Shown here in pieces: positions 1 to 11,184 of a stretch of 64,000 bases of DNA. The notes beneath the pieces were generated by a model. It was not told the origin of the DNA, ran no database searches, and saw nothing but the letters and a program-made list of their open reading frames with translations. How positions within the stretch are numbered: the stretch's first letter is position 1; every line of letters starts with the position of its first letter. The DNA comes from Paraspadella gotoi (lineage: Eukaryota > Animalia > Chaetognatha): positions 10,787,045 to 10,851,044 of the forward strand of contig CM119267.1 of the NCBI GenBank assembly GCA_051294375.1, written 5' to 3'. The translations under genes were made by a program, and so were the position numbers.

Positions 1-222
1 CTTTCCACTTCCTCACAAAAGTTACAATGAAAGCACTCTATACGGGAATGAAATTGGCCAAAACCCACTCTTACGGAACAAAAAGTCAGGAACCCTTTCA
101 GACTGGAAAGTCTGACCTTCGCTAGAGACAAAGTAACTTCGTCAGAATTAATAGACTTGGACAATAGAGCGTAGTGAAAGTTACGTACAAAAATTCTATA
201 AGTCTATTATTATTATTATATC

Positions 223-410
223 AAAAAACTGTTTTGAAATTTTAAGATTTATAGGATTAGTACTATGTATAAATAGGGCCTACTGTGTAAATTGTAAAAT
301 TTATATTAATTTTTTTTATACATAAATGTTCATTAGTATAATGTTGTTCCTTTCTCACTTTTAAAATTTAAGTTAAATTTAGAATTTTTACTACGCTTTA
401 TTGGACAACT
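223..410. repeat. Copy of a dispersed AT-rich repeat family (non-autonomous DNA transposon-like); second copy at about 12029-12218
   Basis: AAAAACTGTTTTGAAATTT...TTAGTACTA.GTATAAATA.GGCCTACTG.GTAAATTGTAAAATTTAT...AAGTTAAATTTAGAA is colinear at both positions. The adjacent GCGTAGTGAAAGTTAC (about 169-184) recurs at about 11616 and inverted at about 13173. Confidence 0.8.
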
Positions 411-3400
411 ATTACTTAAGTTATGGTCACATAATTTGAAAGTATTTTCATCAGAAAGGCGACGATCTGAACAAATCAATTTTTTTTAAGGAGTTATGTC
501 AGCTATCTTCTTTCTACTATCGGTGGCAAAGGAAAATTAACGAGATCAACCCCGAGTTGGGAATCCCTAACGTGTCAAATCAAAGTTAGTTAAAAATATA
601 ATGGGCTGACAACATCTCTAATGCAATATTCAAGAACATAATTGAATCCGCGATCATGGTTGATGAAACTGTCAAAAGGTATGCTTCGGTGAATTTTCAA
701 AGCCTAATAAGATTGAGAAAACCTAATTAGCACAAACTATGCATAACTTGCGCCATGGTCTTTATCTGTTCGAAAAATAGGAATTTTGAAAATTTCTAAA
801 CTAAAAACTTAATGATTATCTAAAACGTGCCCACTGAAAAGAGAATAAAATCAGGTCAACAGTCAATACTCAACTAAGCGTCTAAAAATAAATTGAAACT
901 CTCTCAAAAGTATCCAACTATGAAATAGCGCAATTTCAAATATTTAATGGAAAGAGAATAATTCGAGGTTAACGCTGCCAGCACAGCGCATCTGACTTCA
1001 TTCAGCAATCTCAAGTCAACTTAGAAAAACTCAAACCGTCATTGGTCTCCCATTGAAAACTAAACTTAGCCTCAGGTGAGGTTTTTAATGCTTGTTGAAA
1101 AATAACGCCATATACCCGTGGGGTATTTGTGAATACGAAATCCTGTGCTTACTGTCAGCTATTCAACTACAGAGCAGATTTGAATGACACAAATATCGTT
1201 TGAAAAGAAGAAGAAAAGTATCGCTTTCTGCTTCAAGCCATTCGTTGGATTCCATTGTTAGGCCTGACACTAAATAAAAACCCTGCAAAAATATCATGAA
1301 TCCCTCCTCTTAAGCGTTCTATGGAAGCTAAACGTATAAAAAAAGGAATGAAAACCGATAGTGGATTTCACTAAAAAAATTTCAGTTTTCGAAATTATTA
1401 TAAATAAAATGAACAATATATTTAAATTCCACAGGCAACCGACGTCGTTCCGTTTCTCTCCCCGTTGTCTCGGTTCGTTGCTCCATGCGGAAATGCGCGC
1501 CCCAGGAGGTCTCACCATCATCCGGCTTTCCTCCGTTTCAACAGTGAACGATAGGGACGGAATCAATTTTGCCTCATCAGTAAAAATTTAATTATTCTAA
1601 GCTGATGTTAAGACCAAATTTTAAAAAAGTCCTAAAAAAACCTATAAAAATTTACCTTTAGCTAGTAATAGTAGTGTGAATATGTAGATTGCAATTTATT
1701 TGACGTAATAAATGAATTGTCGACTTCATACTTATAAAGTTTCTTTGATCAAAAATACTCAGTCGGTTTCAAATGGACACAGTTCGTACTGTGATACCAA
1801 AATAAAATTAATTTTTGTACGGGTACATGCAAAATTTTACTACACAGTAATGAGTAAACATATTGGATGAGACACGGTAAAATATTCTGAAAAAAATCGA
1901 TGGAGCTTGAGTTTAGCAAGTTTTAATTTAAACGATAAAAAAATTAATAAAAAACCTAAAAGAACAAAAAAATTTAAAAATCAAAATCTCAGAGCGCTTT
2001 GCCTGTTTTTTCCTGCAAAAAGTCACATTATCATAATTATTAACTAGTTATCGCAACCGTCATTTACAATTCTAATGGAGAACGAAATAATACTTGATAT
2101 TCCGGTGAGTTAGGAATAAGAACCCCCACCTCTCCCACCCGTCTTTTTCAGGCTTATTAGTTCTGGCCATTGCCGTTCGCCTCTACCCTGGCGTGACGTA
2201 GCGTACAGCTAAGTCAACTGGTTCAGTCACTGTAGCAAAGCGATAATCGCACCCGGTGGAAAGAGACTAAGCTACGGAGCGCTACGGAACGCTGCTGCTG
2301 GCGCTCGATATCACAGCAGCATTAAAAAGGGCGGGAGAGGAGCGGCGACGGTTCTAGAAGGCTTCCCTCGACCAAGCGTGGGGCGATGATGACGACGACG
2401 ATTCTCGGTAGTGTTGAGCTTTAAAGCCAGTCAAACGAGGCGCGTCGGTCGTGGAACCGCGAATATGTTTCCCTACCCACTCGCTCCCCAGTAAGACCAA
2501 AAAATTAGTTTGGATAAAGGTTTGAGATTTAGCAAATTTTTTTGTTGAAAACTTACGTACTTTTCCCTATCAGTAGTTATTTTCTTTTTTTTAGCAGACA
2601 AATATCCGCTAGTCGAAAAAACCCTAATAGTCATAGTCATAATCGTTGGCGCGAGCTTACGCACTAAAACATTCGGCGCAGATTCAAATCCCACGCGAAC
2701 TTAAGAACATGCTAATGGTGCAACGAAAATTGCAGTTAGAGCACCAAAAGCTTTTCTCAAGCGCTGCATATTTTGGAACGAATCGGTCAAAATCTTAGTT
2801 TAAATCTTTAGGATTTTAACAGTAGAAACTTAGATTTGCTCGCATTTTATTTTTATCTCCCATCACCCCTTACCATCATAACGGGTCCGTTTCAAACTTT
2901 TTTATTCCGTTCTCTTTTTCTATGCTCTTTTAAACCTCGACTCGGTTTTGCACACCTCAATTTTTGAGTCGACACACATGGTTCCCCCTCACCAACCAAG
3001 TCAACGAGGCGGGCAGTCGCTCGAGCCCACCTTTCACCAAAGGTGGGAATTCACTAATATTCAATAGAGTAAAAATTTATATCATGAGTAAAGAACCTGC
3101 CGGAGCCCGTTAACCAGGAAATTTTTTATTTTGTCTATTTTATGCCAAACGTATTCAACTAGCTATTCAACCGTTCCTATCCCCCAACTAAAGAAGAAGC
3201 GAGGCAAGGGCGCCTTATCATGGTGGAAGCACAGACTCGTATCGATGCGCTCGAGGTCTTCCTTTTTCCAGTACCTGACCCCTGTTCAACCTTTAAAAGA
3301 CTTGCGAGGATGCTCACGATTTCGCTTCCATTAAAGGATGGCATCGACTCATCTCCTCCCAACCCGAAAGTTAAAGCCGAAGAGAGAAACCTTCTTTCTA

Positions 3401-4180
3401 CCCATGTACCGAACCTTGAAACCCCTCCAGTGTTTTCAAGCATCGCTGCGTTTTTACCCGAGTGGAGATATCATGAATTTTTGAAAAACTCACGCACTTT
3501 ACTCGGCTTTCCAGTCACTGCACCGCGATTTTTTTTTTCGAGATTTTTTTTTCTTTCTTGAACGTTAGGCATTGCTGAAGAAGATTGACTAAAAACTAGT
3601 CAATTTTAACGGTTCAGAAATAAAATTACCTCCAGTGTCCATCTAAAGACTTAAGCCATTGAGTAAGCGCACGTCAAGCAGTAAACCGTAACCTATTTAA
3701 AAAGACGTATGTAACAAACCGTGGTGTTTAAATGTTGTACGGATGAAGGAACTAACACCCGAAGGCGTTTTTTTACGCAAAGAGCCCGATAAGACTCTTC
3801 GTGACAATTATATGTAACGCATATCTTAAACATAATACGGAAAAAAAAAACGTTTTGGATTCCCAAGTCTAATTAAATTACGACATGTTTAATTAAAATA
3901 AAAATGATTAACGATTTTCTATATGAAAGATATTTTATAATTTTTGATAACTATATTCCATACTCCATTGGCTCCACCGCTGCTTAGATTGTACTTGCAT
4001 GACTTCAATTAATTATGATCTCATGAGACCAAGGCGCAGCAAACAATTATCTCGGCTTACACAAAAGAACCTTAAAAATCAGCAACAGGTACTTTCCAGA
4101 GGAAAGAAAAATAAATCTGGTATAGGATTTCAAAATTAATCAAAATTTCTAAAACAAAAATTTTCATTCAAATATTTTAG

Positions 4181-4394
4181 ATTGAGGTAAAGACGAAGTC
4201 TTTTTCAACAACGATGAGATTTTATTCTTTAAAACCAGACATGTTTCGGCTTTACCTTACAAGCCTTTAGCAGCACTTTGACAATTTCACAAATTTAGTT
4301 TATCAAGTAACATTTTGAGAGAGAGAGAGAGAGAAAGAGAGAGAGCTTTTAAATAAGATCTCATCGTTGAAAAAGACTTCGTCTTTGCCTCAAT
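4181..4394 (-). mobile_element. Inverted-repeat element enclosing a degenerate minimal hammerhead ribozyme; probable Penelope-like element remnant
   Basis: Arms 4181-4220 and 4358-4394 are near reverse complements. Minus strand 4274-4238 reads GCTGCTAA-AGGCTT-GTAAGGTA-AAGCC-GAAACATGTC. Confidence 0.5.
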
Positions 4395-6128
4395 CTCAAT
4401 TCGATACACAACGAAAAGAAAGAATTCTCGCAATAGTTTATTTTAATATTCCTTGCTTTTCTGGTGTTAGACATATTTGTCATTCCAATACTACTATTCG
4501 TCTAATAATCTGTATAGTCAATGGTCTTTGTTAAACATGATGTGTACTCAATCTTGAAATAAAGGGATTTAATGACAGCAGAAATAAAAACGTATTAATC
4601 ATGACCACATCAAAACAAAGTTTTTCTTTTCTTTTAATGTAAAAACCACAATCGCCAACGTAAAAGAATTTGATACTGCAGCTCTAAAAAACTTGGACTT
4701 TTATTCGACCGTTTCTGCCTTTCTTTTGAAGATTTTGCACATTTGGCCGAGAAACAGTGAAAAGGGAGAGAGGTGACGGAAGGGGGAGGAGAAAAAGAAA
4801 GGTTATAAATTACTTCTAATCTCGAACTCGGACCGTTGGAAGACGAACACGACAACTACAACCGTCTCCTTCTAAAATCGATTACTCCAGTCACACGAAA
4901 CATTATTCCCTTCTCTAAGGAGACAGTGAGTCAGCGAATTGGAAAAACACTATTTCGGAATTTTCCGTAATTTTCTTTTTTTTCTTCATATTCTTGAAAA
5001 AAATCTTTCAATTATTTTTTCAAAGTTCCATGACACTAGTGCCAAGGTATGGCAAAATATCAATTTCTTTATCATACCTTTGCCTTGACACAAGAATCAG
5101 TGAAAAAACCTTAACTGCATATATCTATTAATTTATAAGTTAATAATATACTTAGGTTGTGAATAATTTATTTAATACTGCACAATAAAAAACTATGCAT
5201 AAATGCCTCTGCTTTCATGGTGCGAACTAATCTTCAGAGACACATAATCATCATCAGTAATGATGATAACAGCTTTTCATTAGTCGGGGGAGGGAGAAAG
5301 GGAGTTGAGACGTACGAGCTTTGAGAGAGAATGATGGCCTCATGATATGGGTCCGTCCTTCTCGGCAAGCCTACTTTATCCCTCGATAAATGAAGGGAGA
5401 ATGGTGTAGGCGAGGCCGCTAGTTTTTGCTACATTATGTCCGCGAACATAACGAGTTTCTTGTGATGGAGCTAAACCTTGACAATTCAGGGTTGGAATTT
5501 CTAAGACGCTTTCTGCGTGAGCGGCCTCCTCAAAGAGAAAAACGGTATTCTGTTACAGAACTGTGATTATCTGAAAATCTCTACACTCGGGGTGTGAGAA
5601 TTCGGGAAAGCACGAATAAGAATAATTGAAAACGAAAAAATGATATGAAAAGAAATAGCTAAAAAACTCTTATTAAATTTAAACGAAATAAGACTGTGTT
5701 AATGCTTAAACTTTAAGTTAAAGGCGATTTAACTTTTCCCCTAATTTCTCAAACGTCCATTAAAATAAAACAGTTCAAAACGAGAAAAAAATTGTTACGA
5801 TTATCAGCGTCATTAGAGCAATTTCCTAGGAGCTTATATACAAAAAAATATCAACAGCAAAACGGATTTTCCTTTAAGGAGAAAAAGGGGGAGGGCGGTA
5901 AAGGGAATAGCGTTTTAATACACAAGATATGAAACCTCAGTTATCCGTCGGCCCCCGCAGCCTTCTCTCGTTCTACGAACCGGCTATTCTCCTCTTCCTC
6001 CTCTCGTTCCTCATCGGCGATCCTCTTCCTCGTTCTCACGGCGGCCAAAGTCACTCTTCCCCGCTTCAACGACGACGCGCAGAGACGGCGGTTCTACAGA
6101 AAACCCTCATCTTCTCCGTTCCGTCGTC

Positions 6129-6138
6129 NNNNNNNNNN
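6129..6138. other. Assembly gap (10 N)
   Basis: Run of n characters; true length unknown. Confidence 0.99.
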
Positions 6139-7532
6139 TCGGAAAAGAAAAACCTCGTTATCGTCTATCGACACCGTTGCCATCGCGTTGCCGCGCCAAC
6201 GGAATCAGGGAAAAATTCTCGGGCGTTCCATCCACACTTCCCGACTCTCGCGCAACGACGATGACAAGGACCTAACCTTTAGCGCGCACAAGGAGAATCA
6301 AAGAGAGTCTCGTCCGTCTCACTCGTTCCCCGCACCCACTCTCTCCTCGCTTTCTTATCGTCCTTCGATAGACTTATAAATCTCGAATGAAAACAATTTT
6401 CTAAAATAGGAAGAAGGAAAAAAGTTCTCATCGAAACAACCGACGGATGTTGTCGCTTTATCGTCCTCGACGAAAAGAAAAGGAGCCCCTAATAAAAACG
6501 AATTAAATCCGGTATATGACAATCTTAACAACATCGATTATTCAACTAACTCGTCAGACCAGTTCCACTTCCTGTAAAACTGAAAAAGCTCGGAAGAAAG
6601 GAAGAGACAGAAAAGTAAAACATTTCTCCTCGAGAAAAAAACGTCGTTGAAAAGAGATCGAATCTCGTTTTTTTTTCTCCGTCCAATGGCCACGAAAATT
6701 TAAAATTAAAAAAAAAAGAAATTCCTCAATGAAAACTCGGATGCCAGATCGAAATTAAAACTTTTTCCCCTCCGCCCAACCTTGTTATTTCTCCTGAAGA
6801 AAAATCATCACCGTCTTCCACCTCCGCCGGCCAAGACCAAGAAGGCTCGTTCACCCTTCCTCTCTATCATGCGAAGTTGACGAATCGATGGACCGTGGCC
6901 GCATTCGCCGCAGCGCGGAACAACTAGGTTCGAACTTACCAGGGATCGTCGTCGTCTTCGTCGTCTCGACGGACGGAATCGAATGATTCTTTTTCGACAC
7001 GAGAGAGAGAAAGAGCTCGCCGGAGAAGGCAACCCTCGATTCCCACAGATACCTGAACCTTGACTTCGTCTCCCGTCACTCTCTCTCTCTCTCTTTCTCT
7101 ACCTCTCATTGTTTGGGTTAGAAAGGCGCACGTTCCGAAGATCGAAAACGACAAGAGAGAAAATATAGAAATCAACTCGAAAGTCATCTACCCTCGATAC
7201 GGAAAAACCGCGCCATTTTTTTCTTTTTGTCGGGAAAAAAACTTTTCAAGAAACGAAAATAAGAAATTCTACAGGTTGGTACAACGTAGCCACCCCTCAC
7301 TCATTTATTCTCACGCCATCTTCGTGCAAAAAAAAAAAAAAAAAGGAAGGAACACTTATCATCGCACCCGTGGTGAAGATTTCCGCACTTAAGTCATATT
7401 AGAATAGATTTATATTGATTGGGAATTTGCCAAACACTCGATTCATCGCGCACTTCGATGAGCCATCACAAATAAAAAAAATTACGCACGAAAGATAAAC
7501 TTTTGCTGTTTCATCCGTACTGAAAATAAACC

Positions 7533-9383
7533 ATGTCTCTCAATGTAGCTTGCGCTTGGATGATGGCTCAGATGGATCCATTGTTGATGAACAGAGACCA
7601 TGTTGGCGCCGGCCCCGCCACACACTTTGGCATGTCGTCGGCACAGCATCCCGGTTTCGGACCCCACTCCCACCACATCGGCCCCCACTCGCACCACGGC
7701 CACTCCAAGGGCCATGGGGGTGTGAATCAATTGGGTGGCGTCTTCGTCAACGGTCGCCCACTCCCAGATGTCGTCCGCCAGAGAATCGTCGACCTCGCCC
7801 AACAAGGAGTTCGCCCCTGCGATATTTCGCGCCAACTTCGCGTCTCCCACGGATGCGTTTCCAAAATTCTGGGACGATTTTACGAGACCGGTTCCATTCG
7901 TCCCGGCGTAATCGGGGGTTCGAAACCCAAAGTAGCGACGCCAAAAGTAGTTGATGCCATTGCAAAGTACAAAGTCGAAAACCCGACGATGTTTGCCTGG
8001 GAGATAAGGGACCGGCTGCTGGCCGAAGGCGTCTGCAACCAAGAAACTATTCCCTCGGTAAGCTCCATCAACCGAATAGTGCGCAACAAAATGGCGGAAA
8101 AACATAAGCATCAGTCGCACGGCGGCAGCCTTTCCGGCGACGCGCCATCACCGGGAGGATCGTCCGACGCTGAAGTTTCGCCGACGGGAGGCACTTCAAA
8201 CAATGCGAGTAGTCTACACCAATCGGGTGACTTGAAACAGGCGGCGTCGTACTCCATCAACAGCATTTTAGCAAATCAGCAAACGCCGCAAAAGAGAAAG
8301 CACGACAGTGACAACGATGAAAATGACCCGGTACCACAGAAACTAAGTCAAACTCAAATTGAGGAATTGGAAAAGGTCTGTTCGACTGGAAACTATCCCG
8401 ACTCGCTGACTCGACAAGAACTGGAGCATAAGTATAATCTTACTGAAGCTTCAATAATGTCTTGGTTCAATATGAAACGATCCAAGCCTCAGCGGACAGA
8501 GAGTCGACATAGTCCAGCAGGCAGCGGAAGCAGTTCTCAAAATGTCAGTAGTGGAGCTGTCTCGTCAAATGGTTTGAATCCATTGGGAATTTCTCCAGTA
8601 TCCCAATTCAACGTTTACTCAAATGAATTATCCCAATCATACTCATCACCCGCCCCTGGTCATCTGCCGCCAGTCGATACCACAAATACCGGGGGGTTAA
8701 CTACCAAAACTGAAATGGCTTATGGAAGCAACGGGACGTTTGATGTACCTTCCGGCAGCGTTCTTTCCCAAATTCAGCAAACACCTGATTTTGACTCCAA
8801 CTTAGCTAACAATCTTGAAGGACAACTTGGACTGGCAAGCGACCCAAAGAGAATCAGTAGTAACATCACGCTTGATCCTTATTCTACTCGAAACAACAAC
8901 AACATTTCACCACCTCCCTCAAAACAGGTCAATTCTTCTCAACTTGGTCAACATGGCATCGTTCATCCTATGCATCCATTACCACCGTCACAGAATTCTC
9001 TCCAAAGTGTACACAGTTCAGGCAGTGCGAATCTTGCATTGCTTCAAACACCCATATCTCATGCCCTGACTCCAACATTATCATCTCAGCAAAACCATCA
9101 ACAATCAACGATGTCAGGTTTTGAATCAACACCACCACCGACATTGCATGCATTACATCCAGATTGGACTCGGCCATCGGATGCATACAGCGCATATCCA
9201 TCATATTCACAGTATTCAACAACAGCATCACCATACACAGATTGGACAAGAATGACTGGTTATGGAAGTGCAGCTAGTGCCAGTCTTATCTCTCCATATT
9301 ACTATTCTCAAGGACGAACAAGTTTAGGACATTCAGCAACAGCTACTACCGCTCCACAGTTCAAAAGTGAAAGATATCCTTAG
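7533..9383 (+). CDS. Pax2/5/8: Paired-box transcription factor Pax2/5/8, single coding exon, 616 aa
   Basis: Paired domain [66 protein letters not shown]...[10 protein letters not shown] (7710 to about 8090). Octapeptide YSINSILA. Homeodomain-like segment 8322-8501. Pax2/5/8-type C-terminal [14 protein letters not shown]. Confidence 0.96.
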   Translation: MSLNVACAWMMAQMDPLLMNRDHVGAGPATHFGMSSAQHPGFGPHSHHIGPHSHHGHSKGHGGVNQLGGVFVNGRPLPDVVRQRIVDLAQQGVRPCDISRQLRVSHGCVSKILGRFYETGSIRPGVIGGSKPKVATPKVVDAIAKYKVENPTMFAWEIRDRLLAEGVCNQETIPSVSSINRIVRNKMAEKHKHQSHGGSLSGDAPSPGGSSDAEVSPTGGTSNNASSLHQSGDLKQAASYSINSILANQQTPQKRKHDSDNDENDPVPQKLSQTQIEELEKVCSTGNYPDSLTRQELEHKYNLTEASIMSWFNMKRSKPQRTESRHSPAGSGSSSQNVSSGAVSSNGLNPLGISPVSQFNVYSNELSQSYSSPAPGHLPPVDTTNTGGLTTKTEMAYGSNGTFDVPSGSVLSQIQQTPDFDSNLANNLEGQLGLASDPKRISSNITLDPYSTRNNNNISPPPSKQVNSSQLGQHGIVHPMHPLPPSQNSLQSVHSSGSANLALLQTPISHALTPTLSSQQNHQQSTMSGFESTPPPTLHALHPDWTRPSDAYSAYPSYSQYSTTASPYTDWTRMTGYGSAASASLISPYYYSQGRTSLGHSATATTAPQFKSERYP

Positions 9384-9456
9384 ATACGGACTTAATTTTT
9401 TCTATTATTAAAACCGTACAATGCAATTTAACCTACTTGTCGCCATATTTGTTTAG

Positions 9457-9462
9457 AATAAA
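9457..9462 (+). terminator. Candidate polyadenylation signal for Pax2/5/8
   Basis: First AATAAA downstream of the stop codon; the region is AT-rich, so other sites are possible. Confidence 0.35.
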
Positions 9463-11104
9463 TTATTGTTGCCGTTCAGTATAAAGCTAATGATACATAT
9501 CCCTCATGAGTTTGCCATAATCAATGTATTTCACACTAATTCCTTTTATTTTTTTTATTTGGTTTACCATTAATGTGATTTTTTTCTCCTTCATATGAAT
9601 TGTTTTATCATTTTCGTAATTCATATACATATTGTATTGCAGAAAAGTTGTACTGATTTATTATTGGTGTACTGATATTTTTGTAGAAGCATGATTATAT
9701 GAATATTAAATGTACTTTAGTATTATTCTTTAAATAGAAAAAATATGATATAAATTACTTAAAAGCTAGCAATCGTGTCAAGGTTTAATTGATGACAGAA
9801 ACTTTTGAAACTAAGGGAAAATCCTATTAGTTGTAAATTATTAAAACACTTTAGTATTGGTCGGTCAGTCTGTCTTGTTCTGTCCCACTTGTAATATTCA
9901 CAAAAAGTTATGGTTTTAAGTGTTTATTACAGTTACGTGAACAAGGGGAAATTAGGTCAGTTAATGTAATACTTGGTTGTTTTGGTTAAAACCTCACAGA
10001 TAAGTAATCAACGAGCTTGTCAAATGTACATATTTTACATACTTATAAAGTGAATAGTAGTTCATGAATAGGCTGTAGATGGCGCGATATCAAGTCACTT
10101 TGACGTGAATAGCGCCACCCAACGTTACATGAGGACCAGAGTAGATTGGCGCTGACGTTGGCGCCGCTTCCAGGTGCTGAGTGAATAGTTTGTTTATTTT
10201 GCATTTTTATTTTACATAGAGATATTACATAAGCTAATTAGCCTATGTAAATGCAACAAAGAAAAAAAATTAATTCATTAATGTACGAATTAACAAAAAC
10301 GTTCAATAACAATAATAAAGTAATAACGAGCTCGTCCAATTAATTAATTTTCCTTTGGTATGCTTTCCAGAAGTAAAAGGAAGTTAAATAAATAAATCAG
10401 CAGATGGAAATAAATAGAATAAATCAGCTAATATTAACTTAGTTGTTCCTTTGTTTTACTATAACTGTAAGATATCACTATAACTGAAAATATCACTATA
10501 AATATTTCTGAGTTAATATCAATTTCACTGTTCCAGTGGCGATTCTGGCTGGGTCGCCGCTTGTGGCCAGAAAGTCCAGAAATTTTTTTTTTAATTTTCG
10601 CAAAAGCTATATTTAACATAAAACTCACTAATAACAAAATATAACAAATCGAATAGGTACATAGCTATTTTAGTGTAATCAAGCCTGTAGAATTCGATGT
10701 TGATAACCATTTTTTTGTATAGTTTCATCTTCTTTGTCGAAAATTGCGATTTTTGTAACATATCAGGTACTATTCAAATGAAAAACATTGTAGAGTATAA
10801 GAAACTCAAATTATTAAAATTGTTATAAAAGCCATATTTAACTTACATAATATGAAAATAAAGACCCATATAAATTTTTCGGTAACTTTATTTACAAATT
10901 TTATATTTTATTAATTTTAATTATTTATAATAATTTTAATAACAATAATTTTAAACCGGATTTGAATTCCTTACAAAAAGTTGATATAAGAAAGTATAAT
11001 CAATTTTAAAAAATTCTAAAATTCTAAAATTTAAAATATTAAAAAAATATTAAAAAATATTTGTAGACATTGTGATTAAACTTTCTTTCGTTGTGTTATT
11101 AGAT

Positions 11105-11184
11105 ATTTGAAATTAAAGACAAAGTCTTGATACAGCAACGAAAAAAAAATCGTTGCTGTATAAGACTTTGTCTTTAATTTCAAA
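11105..11184. repeat. Near-perfect 36-bp hairpin/palindrome
   Basis: ATTTGAAATTAAAGACAAAGTCTT(G)ATACAGCAACGA, A-run loop, then TCGTTGCTGTATAAGACTTTGTCTTTAATTTCAAAT. Arms resemble those at 4181-4394. Confidence 0.9.

Noticed and set aside
3572-3615. CTGAAGA followed by a hairpin, hammerhead-like
   Set aside because: The GAAA core is missing and stem I cannot form; too degenerate to call.
7482-8120. 212-aa minus-strand ORF and other ORFs overlapping Pax2/5/8
   Set aside because: Antisense or frame shadows of a GC-rich conserved coding region.
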